A program made the position numbers and the translations under genes. A stretch of DNA of 64,000 nt from contig OX597832.1 of assembly GCA_951406725.2 (NCBI GenBank), positions 22,940,001 to 23,004,000 on the forward strand, in the 5' to 3' direction. Shown here one piece after another: positions 1-13,624 of this stretch. This DNA comes from Octopus vulgaris. Taxonomy: Eukaryota. Under the pieces are notes generated by a model. That model saw nothing but the letters and a program-made list of their open reading frames with translations, was not told the DNA's origin and did no database searches. Within the stretch, counting starts at the first letter, position 1. Each line of letters begins with the position of its first letter.

Positions 1-190
1 TTCCAACTTAGAATTGTTGAAGTAGGATATGTTTGATGATACAGTATTTCTGTAGACGAACACAAATTCAGTTCCCGCTGTTCCACAGAACTGTAAAGAA
101 GGAGCAAAAGGCTTCTGACCCTACTGATGATGTGGAAGGGTTTCCAGCATTACGATAGCTTTAGACTTTATAAGAAGATCTTGTTATATT

Positions 191-722
191 AAGGCGGCGA
201 GCTGGCAGAATCGTTAGCACGCCGTTAATAGGCGGGTGAATGTTGTACGAATGGTCAGAGCGAACGAGTCTACTCTAAGCATGCGCCTCTAGATTGACTA
301 TAAATTTAGAGGAGAGCTGGCAGAAACGATAGCACGCCGGGCGAAATGCGTAGCCGTATTTCGTCTGCGGTTACGTTCTGAGTTCAAATTCCGCCGAGGT
401 TGAATTTGCCTTTCATCCTTTCGGGGTCGATAAATTAAGTACCAGTTACGCACTGGGGTCGACGTAATCGACTTAATCCGTTTTTCTGTCCTTGTTTGTC
501 CTCTCTGTGTTTAGCCCCTTGTGGGTAGTAAAGAAATAGGTATTTCGTCTGCCGCTACGTTCTGAGTTCAAATTCCGCCGAGGTAGACTTTGCCTTTCAT
601 CCTTTCGGTGTCGATAAATAAAGTACCAGTTACGAACTGGGGTCGATGTAATCGACTTAATCCGTTTTTCTGTCCTTGTCTGTCCCCTCTATGTTTAGCC
701 CCTTGTGAGTAATAAAGAAACA
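191..722 (+). mobile_element. Composite tRNA-derived SINE (family A): head fragment + 90 bp captured flank + full unit + repeated 3' unit
   Basis: GGCGGCGAGCTGGCAGAA head (A-box-like), GAGTTCAAATTCC B-box, core GCCTTTCATCCTTTCGGGGTCGATAAATTAAGTACCAG; flanked by 22-bp TSD tataagaagatcttgttatatt (169-190, 723-744). Confidence 0.9.
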
Positions 723-1602
723 TATAAGAAGATCTTGTTATATTTTCAGTTAGCTCTTGTATTTTGTGGGGTGGAGCAAAGAAACTTTGACATTTATTTC
801 ATAATTTTGGTATAATCATGTTCTAATTTTTATTAGACATGATTCACTAATGATTTCAATCCAGAAATTAACGCATAAATTATTGTTATATCATAATGCT
901 TTTCTACAACATTATACAGAGTCGCTTATTATTCATACATCTATAGCTAAAACATTGTTCGTTTGTTCAGGTGAAATAATAGGATCATTCCGCTGTAACA
1001 GCTATAACGTTCAATAACGTTTTCTCAGTCTTCTTGAAATGCCATAAATTTATAGGGAAAAAGGAATTTTTCATTAAGCCAATCCATGTATAAATGCGAT
1101 TTATGGACCATGAAGTGGGAAATATTTCAATCAACCTCGGCAGAATTTGGTCCTATTACGTTAAGGAGAGTAATGGGACGTAATTTAATTTTAAGTAGCA
1201 TTTAGTCAGACAGTCTATCTTTTCTGCTCTAGCACAGACCTCAAGGGTAGTAGACTACCGCAAATTAGACATTCCAGTTAATTTGCTACTACCCAGAAGT
1301 AATATAACTGTTCTGTTGGAAATAGAACAAATGTGAATTAACTCATTACGATCGATGGCGCATTACTAAAACGTGCATATTAACTAAATGTGATATGAAA
1401 CGTAAATTCGTTGGATCGTGGATGACGAAACGGGTTGGACGACAGATTAAATGGCTTTCGGTAATATTTAGTTACGCTGCTTTAAGTTTGAAGATTTGGA
1501 ATCCCGCCGAGGTCACCTTCCACGTTCGATAAAATAAAACCCCATTCAAGTGCTGCATTCGATTTATCAACTATACACCGCTCCATAAAATTTAGAGTAT
1601 TG

Positions 1603-2012
1603 GGATCTTTTCGGTTTGAACGGCAGGTTTTCTAGCAGTGTCATATGAAATTGTCACCCATAATTATGACCCTAGTATCGATCTATTGCATTTCAATCTG
1701 TTTTAGTGTTAGGGTTAGGGGGAAGGTTATCTTTTTTCTTCACAAATGTAAATAAACCCAATCTGTTTCTTAAACGAGGGGCATATTCATACGGCACAGA
1801 ATGGGTTTTTTTGCCTCAATAGACGTCACTGATTGGTTGAAATTGCAGAAATTGAAGAAAAAAAAGCAAATATCTTACAAACTATAGAATTTTCTCAATA
1901 AAGCCAAGAGAAGAAGATGTTTTATAAACACATTCGACCAGTATACGAAGTTTAAAATTTTTTAGTTACCTAGAAATTATGTTAAAAACTGCCGTTCAAA
2001 CCGAAAAGATCC
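1603..2012. mobile_element. MITE with 24-bp TIRs and 8-bp TSD (Merlin- or hAT-like)
   Basis: GGATCTTTTCGGTTTGAACGGCAG at 1603 and its perfect reverse complement ending 2012; flanks gagtattg / gggtattg; nested in a degenerate family-A SINE. Confidence 0.85.
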
Positions 2013-2552
2013 GGGTATTGTGCTTATGTATGAAACGAGTCCCATGGAAAGTGAATTGGCAGAGGCGGTAGAGCATCGGGCAAAACTCTTTTACGTGTTT
2101 CTAGTGGCTATTTAAGTTCTGAGTTCGAATCCCGCTGAGATCAACGTTGCTTTCTATCCCTCTAAAGGCAATACAATTGACTGTCCCCCTCCCAAAAATT
2201 TTCAAGCTTTATTCGTATTACAATTATTTGTATTTTTCAAGTCAAGGAGATAACTGTATAGACTAGATCGCTCCCATCAAATTGCGGGACTTGTACCAAT
2301 GTTAAAAACAATTATGAAAAGCCATAAATAGGTAGAATCAATAGAGCATCGGATAAAATGTTTTGAAGTAATTGTTGCGATGCATCTCATTCTGCGTTCA
2401 AATCACGTCCGTGTCACCTTTAATTTTCATCTCCGTGTTTGATCGTTGATGGTCTTAGATACTAGCCACATACGCCTTCCTTTGGTTAGGACGAGCGGGC
2501 AGTGTTTCTTTGCCTAGTGGCCTGAGCCAAAGAGATTGTTAGGTAGGCCAGA

Positions 2553-2611
2553 TTGAAAGGGCTGAAGATGAACACTTTTCTGTTTGATCGAATCCTTATC
2601 GACTCTTTCAA
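2553..2611 (+). ncRNA. Degenerate type-I hammerhead-like motif
   Basis: ttgaaaggg-CTGAAGA-tgaaca/tgtttg stem II-cGAAt...ctctttcaa; stem I pairs over 9 nt; GAAA and stem III degraded. Confidence 0.35.
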
Positions 2612-2764
2612 GTTTCACTTGCAAAGCTAAATGAGGGTAGAAAGAAAAGGGAAGTTCTGCCTCGCAGCAATTTTGTTAATAGGCGGGTGAATGTTGTACG
2701 AATGATCAGAGTGAACGAGTCTACTCTAAGCATGCGCCTCTAGATTGACTATAAATTTAGAGGA

Positions 2765-3003
2765 GAGCTGGCAGAAACGATAGCGCGCCGGGCGAAATGC
2801 GTAGCCGTATTTCGTCTGTCGTTACGTTCCGAGTTCAAATTCCGCTGAGGTCGACTTTGCCTTTCATCCTTTCGGGGTCAATAAATTAAGTACCAGTTAC
2901 GCACTGGGGTCGATGTAATTGACTTAATCCGTTTGTCTCTCCTTGTTTGTCTCTCCTTGTTTGTCCCCTCTGTGTTTAGCCCCTTATGGGTAATAATGAA
3001 ATA
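2765..3003 (+). mobile_element. Family A SINE, slightly 5'-truncated
   Basis: Same head/core/tail as other family-A copies; 17-bp TSD tataaatt[t/c]agaggaga (2750-2766, 3004-3020). Confidence 0.9.
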
Positions 3004-3349
3004 TATAAATTCAGAGGAGACTGCACCTATTTTAGATATTGGGGTGATCTTGTTTCTGTTTGTTTTTGTTGGGTTTCCACGAGCAGCCCTTGTAATTGCC
3101 CCTCATGTGGGCATTTTAATTGTTAGAATTATATCTACTCTTAGTCTTTTGTTTACACATTTCAATTCCATTTTCTTCGTAATGTGTTGTCTTGTACCGT
3201 CTCCAATATTTTTTTATTTGATCTCTTATTGGTGAATAAAAAATCATAATTACTATTAGTGTTTTTGTAATAATGCCGCGGATTAGATTAATATCGATTA
3301 ATGAGTAGCTAACGAAGAGTAGTTGCTGCTGTTTCTACTGCTGCCGCGG

Positions 3350-3489
3350 CTAATGATATGATGGCGAGGATGCTGCTGCTACTGTTGGTTGGTTCAACTG
3401 TTGATGTTGGTTCTGCTGCTGCTGTTGCTGTTTCAGCTGCGGCTGATGATGAAAAAGGTTATTATGTAGACGAGAAAGATGAGATGAAA
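3350..3489 (-). CDS. Candidate terminal coding exon, His/Gln-rich (SSHLSRLHNNLFHHQPQLKQQQQQQNQHQQLNQPTVAAASSPSYH*)
   Basis: Minus-strand acceptor tgtctttgtttcAG directly upstream; mixed CAA/CAG/CAT/AAC codons rather than a pure microsatellite; AATAAA about 130 nt downstream. No upstream exons identified. Confidence 0.3.
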
Positions 3490-3877
3490 CTGAAACAAAG
3501 ACACTGACAATTGTTTCCGGTTGAATGCCGAGAGATAATAAATGTTTTTGATCTTCTAAATTAGTTATATAATTGTTTTTCACATCTTACGGTGACCTTA
3601 ATTTAAACCACTCTCAATTTGGCAACCATTTTACTTTTAATTAGCTCTCCAAGATATTCAATATAAAATAAAAAATTTAAAGAAAATATTCACCGCTTCG
3701 TGTTATTTCATATTCCGAAATATTTGCAGTAATTTTTTTCTTCAAAGTAAATTAGATTATTGTTATTAGTGATATTGCTGTTGTTGAAGTTATTTAACAT
3801 TAGATCAAATATGATGAGGAACATTGTGATCAAACTGTTTCTTCCATATGTGACCATCTCGTCACATTGTAAATATT

Positions 3878-4318
3878 CTCTTTACTCTCTTTTACTTGTT
3901 TCGCTCATTTGACTGTGGCCATGCTGGAGCACCGCCTTCAGTCGAGTAAATTGACTCCCAGGACTTATTCTTTGTAAGCCCAGTACTTATTCTATCGGTC
4001 CCTTTTGCCGAACTGCTAAGTTACAGGGACGTAACCACACCAACAAGTGTCTTCTACTATAGCCTCGGGCCGACCAAAGCTTGTGAGTGGATTTGGTAGA
4101 CGGAAACTGAAAGAAGCCCGTCGTATATATGTATATATTTACGTGTGTGTGTGTATATATATGTTTGTGTGCCTGTGTTTGTCACCCCAACATCGCTTAA
4201 CAATCGATGCTGGTGTGTTTACGTTTCCGTAACTTAGCGGTTCGGCATAAGAGACCGATAAAATATGTACTAGGCTTACAAAGGATAAGTCCTGGGAGTC
4301 GATTTGCTCGACTAAAGG

Positions 4319-4319
<1 letters not shown>
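3878..4319. mobile_element. Family B SINE pieces in inverted arrangement (minus-strand tail 3878-4045 joined to plus-strand body 4044-4319)
   Basis: Tail ...GCATGGCCACAGTCAAATGAGCGAAACAAGTAAAAGAG on minus; body AAGTGTCTTCTACTATAGCCTCGGGCCGACCAAAG... on plus. Confidence 0.85.
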
Positions 4320-4380
<61 letters not shown>

Positions 4381-4571
4381 ATAGATTTTGCACCTGGAAA
4401 CGAAACTGAGAGTAGCAATGAATGACTCAACCAAAATATATCATTTTTCTCTACTATTTTTCTCTGCTTCCAATAGTCAACATTTATCTATCTACATATC
4501 CATCTATCTTTCAAGCTATCTCACGCCCACCCCACATATGTATATACTGGAAGACAGAGAGAGAGAGAGAG

Positions 4572-4770
4572 CCGCCATGATTGACCGCCATCTGTAAAAG
4601 CTTTTTTCTTTTATTCTCTCTGTGTTTATTTCCTCATGTTCCTTTCTCTTGAAGAGCGTAGGCTCGAAACGTAAAAGACTTTCTAACCTTCCCGAGCGTC
4701 AAACGAACACACCTGTTTGTTGTTTATAACCTGTGTTCGTCTCTTGTTTTACTGTAAATTCCAAGAATAT
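4572..4770 (+). mobile_element. Short PLE pLTR-like repeat with minimal hammerhead-like motif (family H1)
   Basis: Similar to 10326-10517, 46104-46295 and 58718-58898(-); contains ctcttgaa-GAGC gtag GCTC-GAAACGT at 4646-4672; flanked by (GA)n and (TA)n. Confidence 0.6.
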
Positions 4771-4936
4771 ATATTTATATAGTTGTGTCTCCTCAGGTGA
4801 TATATAGTCGTTTTACTCGGTAACTAAATCGTTGACATTAATACTAATCACATCTAACTGACTCTTTTGAATCTAGTAGACGCTCGCAGTTCCATTCTGC
4901 TCTGTTTTCTACTCTAATACAGTCCTAACACAATAC

Positions 4937-4940
<4 letters not shown>

Positions 4941-5004
<64 letters not shown>

Positions 5005-5043
5005 TAGATAGATATATAGATAGATAGATAGATAGATAGATAT

Positions 5044-5075
<32 letters not shown>
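4941..5075. repeat. (TA)n + (GATA)n microsatellite
   Basis: Directly visible. Confidence 0.98.
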
Positions 5076-6000
5076 TGTAGGTATTTATTGTAATGTGAAA
5101 CTACATATGAGAAATTTATCTACAATGTCTTAGATCTAATGAAGCTAGGTTTAAGATGAAGAATCAATAGTCTTAAATTTCCGTTTGATAAGAGGCCAGT
5201 CACTCTAAAATAATATTTACCAAAGTTCTGATGCTTTTGAGAAACGATTTACGTCGAATCAAAAGCACAAGATTAAGATATAAGGGAATGATTACGGCAG
5301 ATATGAACGGTTCACTCATGCAAGCTTCTAATTTATCAAGAGCGGTAATCTAAACTCCATCACAGGATACCATAATTTATTCAGACTGAATAATTGTCAA
5401 TTAAGATCTAATTTATTACCAATATATAATTTCTTTAAACTATTATTTCTTATACAGCATTATTGATATTCGATACGAGGGTATCAATAAAAACAATTCG
5501 ATCTTTATCCGTTGCATGATGGATGACATTCATATAGTAAGCGACAGTGTGAAAACGCCACAAAAGAACAATGGTTTTCAAACCTTTAATTACGAAACAT
5601 TCTCAGAAGATACGGTTAACCAATTATGATAAAGATGGCAGTTAAAATCCAATTGTTTGTTATAAAGAGACCATTCAAATGCCAGACACAAAGTGATCTT
5701 TCAACTTAAAGACAGGTCATTAGTTGATTACGAGTTATTGACTTGTAATCAGCTAACGATCTGATGTCGTGGTGTTTCGTAACTAACTTGTTACAGCAGA
5801 ATAAGCGTTTGGTTCACATTTGCGGTTTATTCAAGCAACAGCACACTCGATTTCAGACATATTGCTTTCAGAGAGATTGACCTGCAAACAAGAAAAGCGA
5901 GCATCAAAGCAAACTTACGCAAGAAAGATACATACACACATACATACATACATACATACATGCATACATACATACATACATACATACATACATACATACA

Positions 6001-6338
6001 TGATGGCTGCCCCCTCGTTATTGAGTATGGCCATTGCACGAAGCTTAACTGTTATTGGTGCTGCGATCGAATGTGACTTTTATTTGCTTTTTAAGGCTAC
6101 AGCCAGCTATTGAGTTGAGACTCAAAGCACTATCAACAATCATGAACAATGTTGTTATCGTGCAATGCCTGTGCAAGAAGATTTTTTTTAAGTGAGGAAA
6201 GGCTGTGCACTGAGTCAATCACACTCACTAAGCAACAGTAGCCATAATCCGAAAAGAACAAGTCAACATGATCGGTAACCACTGAGCCGCAGTTATCCTA
6301 GTTACCTGAGTTACCTTCTCCTAGAAGGATGCCCTATC
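6001..6338 (-). mobile_element. Non-autonomous retroelement resembling RTE-type 5' UTR sequence, inserted in (CATA)n
   Basis: (CATA)n on both sides; minus strand begins gatagggcatccttctaggagaaggtaactc, resembling RTE 5'-UTR motifs (recalled, not searched). Confidence 0.35.
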
Positions 6339-6601
6339 ATACATACATACATACATACATACATACATACATACATACATGCGACAACATTTTGTAAAGC
6401 GTCGAATGTGTTTAGTATTTTACAGACGAGAATGTAGATCTCGAACGCAGAGAGAATGGGTATTTTATCATTATAAGACGGAAACGTTTTACTTTCTTGT
6501 CTGCAAAATCTTAGGACAATGGGCCCAACACCCTAACCAGAAAGCCACGTGCCTCCACGCACGTATACGCACACATACACAGACACATATATATACAAAC
6601 T

Positions 6602-6629
<28 letters not shown>

Positions 6630-6632
<3 letters not shown>

Positions 6633-7130
6633 TTAAATAATAAGGGTTAAAAATTGAATATTAATTTGATTAATATCAATTTAAAACCAGTGGCCTAACA
6701 TATTAAAAAATTTGAAGATTCAGACAAATAATATTACATACATATAAGTGGATGACCACTAAGTGGACATACATTATGCTAGAAGTAGACCCTATATGGT
6801 CTGACCATTAAGAAAATATTGTTCTCAAGAAAATTCAACAAACGCCAGAAAGTAAGGGAGCAGCACAAATGAAAAGATACAAAATATAAAGATTAGTCAT
6901 ATACCAGGTTTCATTGTTACCAATGATGTTTCTTGAGAACGATCTTTTCTTAGTGGTCAGACCATATGGGATCTATATCTAGCATAATGGACGTCCACTT
7001 AGTGGTCTTCCATCTAGAAGATGTCAAATGTCTGCAAACCACTCCAAATTTGTTCTCCTTATTTCACAAGGCTGAGAGCAAAGGAATAGACAAGAATATT
7101 TATAAAATTTAGACAACTCTATATGTGTGG
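6630..7130. repeat. (TA)n-flanked element with 84-bp inverted repeat (6749-6832 / 6929-7012), PLE-like
   Basis: Arms tggatgaccactaagtggac...gttctcaagaaa and tttcttgagaac...cttagtggtcttcca are roughly 85% complementary. Confidence 0.7.
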
Positions 7131-7140
7131 GTGTATACAT

Positions 7141-7175
<35 letters not shown>

Positions 7176-7179
<4 letters not shown>

Positions 7180-7458
7180 CGTCATCGTGACCTACCAGGC
7201 TATCATATGTTGCTACACATCACTGGTCACAATGCGCTTCGCATTGTTTTAGCCCTCAAACGTCGCCACCCCGCTGGCTAAGCGAGCAGGCCAACAGAAG
7301 AAAGAAAGTTGCGGCGAAAGAGTTCAGCAGGAATCGCCACCACATCGTGGAGCTTTAGGTGTTTTCGCTCAATAAACACTCACAACGCACGGTCTGGCAA
7401 TCGAAACCGCGATCATACGGCCGCAAGTCCGCTGCCCTAACCATTGGGCCATTGGGCC

Positions 7459-7460
<2 letters not shown>
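7176..7460 (-). mobile_element. tRNA-derived SINE family C with tail type X
   Basis: Head TGGCCCAATGGTTAGGGCAGCGGACT..GGTTTCGATT matches 32125-32505 and 51030-51383; 3' half differs from those copies. Confidence 0.85.
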
Positions 7461-7555
<95 letters not shown>

Positions 7556-7799
7556 GTATATATATATATATATATATGCATATATATCCACAATAAAGGA
7601 ACGGCCATAATAGGCCATTCACCCACTAGAAATAACAGCCAAAGCTTCAACCGCAAATAAAAGTTAATTCAGTAAACCAGGAGAAAATTTAAAAACATTT
7701 ACCCTGTATTTAATTTTTTCCTACTAGGCCGCTGGTGGCAAAAGAATTCTACAAAATTTTTTTTGCCACCCTATATTGATTAATATATGCATATATATA

Positions 7800-8046
7800 T
7801 ACTTTGATACTTTGATACTTTCATAGGTTTCGGCCATTATTGGCCCAGGCCATGTCTAACTTAATAGCACCACCTGGTGAAGTCTTTCAAGTCAGAATTT
7901 GGGCACTATGGCCCACTCAAGTAGAGAGTTATTGTTTACAGAGACATATCCGGGTGTAGGGGGTTTATCCGGGATTCCTTGAAGGAATCTGTCCAAAGAC
8001 TTCTTGAACCCTATAGGGTCAGTTTCCGTTTTAATGTGTTTTGGTG
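7800..8046 (-). mobile_element. CR1-like LINE 3' end
   Basis: ORF end [39 protein letters not shown]; 3' UTR shared with 24286-24665; tandem tail (aaagtatc)n. Confidence 0.75.
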
Positions 8047-8255
8047 TATATATATATATGTATATATACATATATATACATATATATTCATATATATACA
8101 TATATATACATATATATATATTATACAAATATATATATATAAATAAATGCATTCATACATACCTATACACTCATATGCACACACACGCACACACATATAT
8201 ATATACACACATACATATACACATACATACATGCATATATATATACATTTAACTA

Positions 8256-8331
<76 letters not shown>

Positions 8332-9034
8332 GTTATACATTAGCGATTGTGTGTTTGCCAGCCTATAATCGTATGCGTATGTACGCATGTGTGTGTGTGT
8401 GTGTGTTCTTTTAAATTAGTCTCATATAAAACATTGTGAAATAAATAAACACATTGTTTTCGCTTTTGTTCTGAAATTTGGCGTGAACTTATCTCCAAAT
8501 TGTCAAGATCATTACACCTGATGAGCATTCATTAAACCGTCGCTATGGTGAACCGAAATTATTTATCTATTAATCTCTCCACCTAAAGCTACATTTCGCA
8601 AAATAATTAAAAGTACGTCCAATCATATTCAAATATTTCTTACACAAAGTTATTTTCTTTTTATCTCATAAGGAATATATTGTTTTAGTGTCTGAAATTT
8701 ACATCGGTCTAATCTCTCATCTTTATTCGATTGGCACTGATTAGCCTCTATGTAACAGATTTGAAAAGTATTTACTGAACATGAAAAACAGTTTCCTACC
8801 ATGACTGGCCATCTTTTAAATAGAAGAAGTGGTAGTTAATATGTACCCATGTTCTTTGGTCAGAAAATACACGTTCTCTTTGAAGTAAAATCCCAAAATG
8901 CACGTATATTTCTTCATATATCCTATATGCTACATGGTTCAGGAGCGCATTTTACAGCCACGCCGCTTTTTGGCCAGTTCCACGGTGCGGCAGCATTCAC
9001 AAATTATTTCGACTGCAGTTCCGGGCCTTGTTCG

Positions 9035-9343
<309 letters not shown>

Positions 9344-9419
9344 TATACACACACACACACACACACGCACACACACACATACACACACATATATATATAT
9401 ATATATACATACATATATA

Positions 9420-9570
9420 TACGATGGGCTTCTTTCAGTTTCCGTCTACCAAATGCATTCAGAAGATTTTGGTCGGCCCGAGGCTATAATAGAAGACACT
9501 TGCCCAAGGTGCCACACAGGAGGACTGAACCCGGAACCATGTGGTTGGTAATCAAGCTACCACCACACAT
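9420..9570 (-). mobile_element. Family B SINE head
   Basis: Reverse complement of TGTGTGGTGGTAGCTTG..CCACATGGTTCCGGGTTCAGTCC..CCTTGGGCAAGTGTCTTCT. Confidence 0.85.
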
Positions 9571-9984
9571 GCACATATATAAAAATAAGTACGAACATAC
9601 ATAAAAACTATACACATACGTACGAACATATGTGTGCGAAAATACATTTAGAGGTACATGCGTCAATACACAGCTTCTAAATAACCATTTTAAAACGTAT
9701 CGTAAATAACATATTACTCTGGCAGAAAGACAAAGAGATAAAAAAGATACAACCGTTATCAAAAGTAATACTCGACGATGATTTATGGTCTTTTCTTTCA
9801 TAAGGTAACTTGTTTCTTGTTGAATAATATATAACCATTATTTGTTTACTCTCCATCAAACCATGGCGGACATCTGATGTAACTGGTATGAGTGTTGTCT
9901 TTTGACGTTATTTTCGTACAACATTGAATAATTAATACGGTGTGTGCATGCATGTAAGTTTATATACATAGAGAGAAAAACAGA

Positions 9985-10052
9985 GAGAGAGACAGACAGA
10001 CAGAAAGACAGACAAACAGAAAGACAGACAGACAGACAGATAGAAATGACTG

Positions 10053-10143
<91 letters not shown>

Positions 10144-10150
10144 CGATTGA
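9985..10150. repeat. (GACA)n/(GATA)n microsatellite
   Basis: Directly visible. Confidence 0.97.
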
Positions 10151-10232
10151 TAGACACATAGATAGTCCTCATAGACTGCTATTTAGCTTCTCGCGTTACC
10201 GTACGTTGGACAATTTTGATCAAATAATTACG

Positions 10233-10306
<74 letters not shown>

Positions 10307-10325
10307 TGTGTGTGTGATATATATT

Positions 10326-10517
10326 CGCCATGATAGATTTGTTAGCCACTACAAACATTTTTTTCTCTCCTTGTTTCTTTCTGTGTTCCTTTCTGTGGAA
10401 GAGCGTAGGCTCAAAACATTAAAGACTTTTTCAATTTCCGAGCGTTATATTAATACGTCTGTTTATTTCTACACAACCTGTCTTTGTCTTTTGTATTTTT
10501 TGGGAATTCTCCCTATA
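10326..10517 (+). mobile_element. Family H1 pLTR-like repeat with hammerhead-like motif
   Basis: ctgtggaa-GAGC gtag GCTC-aAAAC at 10393-10417; similar to 4572-4770. Confidence 0.6.
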
Positions 10518-10521
10518 TATT

Positions 10522-10568
<47 letters not shown>

Positions 10569-10628
10569 ATGTGTATGTATATTTATCAGTGTGTGTATGT
10601 ATATATCTTTATTATTATTATTATTATT

Positions 10629-12571
<1,943 letters not shown>

Positions 12572-12596
12572 CATTATTATTATATATATATATATA

Positions 12597-13215
12597 TATT
12601 GGCTTGGCCAAGAAGTCTGTTTGGTCTTTGTCTTTGTCGATATTATCTTCAAGCACGCTAAAGAGTAGCTAACTTGTGTCTGTCGTTAGATACATGACTC
12701 TTCAACATAGTTTGTCGCAAACTTACAACGAGACAATTTGTATTTTTCTGTGTTTGCGATCATCCTGAATTTGTATAACCGAGACAAACGTTAGAACGCC
12801 TCAGGCATATTGTCTATTTCAGAAAAAGTGAAAGAGTAACAGCAACCTGCTGGAATATATGTTCTGTGTACGGAAGGCGCTTTCAGGATTTCGATCGAGA
12901 AAAGACTTGGTTTAAGATACACCTACCTCTGTCTAGCAAACTGTTTGAACGCACTTCGTAATCCAAACTTCTCTGATCAAGAATAACTCTTTTGTGATAG
13001 GATTCCTACTTTCCTGACTTTGTACTGTGTGATTTCTAGCTTTTCTCAAACTGAAAACCACGCTAAAATGGAAAGAATTTGCGTCGCGAAATGAAATGAG
13101 TAGAAAAACGACTGCAGAGCTCCACAACATTTCAAAGAAAGGCGTTCCAAACGGGTTACCAGCAGTGGCAGAACCACAGAGAGATGTTCGGGTATGGGGG
13201 ATGTACGGGATTTTG
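12597..13215 (+). mobile_element. Degenerate mariner remnants
   Basis: TIR-like tattggcttggccaagaagt; N-terminal ERLRHIVYFRKSERVTATCWNICSVYG (about 12794-12875); C-terminal DLVLCDF*LF.KLKTTLK and TTAELHNISKKAFQTGYQQWQ (about 13015-13200, frameshifted). Confidence 0.7.
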
Positions 13216-13624
13216 CCAGGCACTTTTTTGTCCTGAGCTTAAAATTCCTCCGAGGTCTAGCTTACCTATTATAATGTCGGGGTCGATAACTTAAGTGCCA
13301 ATTGAGCACAAGTTTTGATATGAACAACTCTCTCTTCTTTTCAAAAACTTGACGTTCATCAAAATTTGAAACTTTATCTATCCTGAGTTCCGCCTTAAGT
13401 ACTTAAGTTGAGGCAGCAGAATTTAGTGCGGCATTATCAATACAATTCCAGGTGATTAGAATCAAAATAAGCAACAAGGATATCTAGAGCGAATGCAGTA
13501 CGATCGTTTCAAGCAACTCCATTCAATTGAACAATGAAACAATTATATCTATTTAAATGCTGAGCAATATATATATACATGGTGTTTCTCTACTCCTTAT
13601 GCAGAGATTGATCACCACCTGTGC

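Noticed and set aside
119-168. CTGATGA + hairpin + cgatagct
   Set aside because: GAAA absent and stem I only 3 bp; too degenerate to call a hammerhead.
3358-3507. 49-aa plus-strand ORF MMARMLLLLLVGS... resembling a signal peptide
   Set aside because: Explained as the antisense reading of the CAG/CAA-rich tract; no other support.
5827-5897. Strong minus-strand acceptor cttttcttgtttgcAG
   Set aside because: All frames stop within about 18 codons; cannot support an exon without transcript data.
8518-8570. CTGATGAG...CGAAA
   Set aside because: No stem I complementarity.
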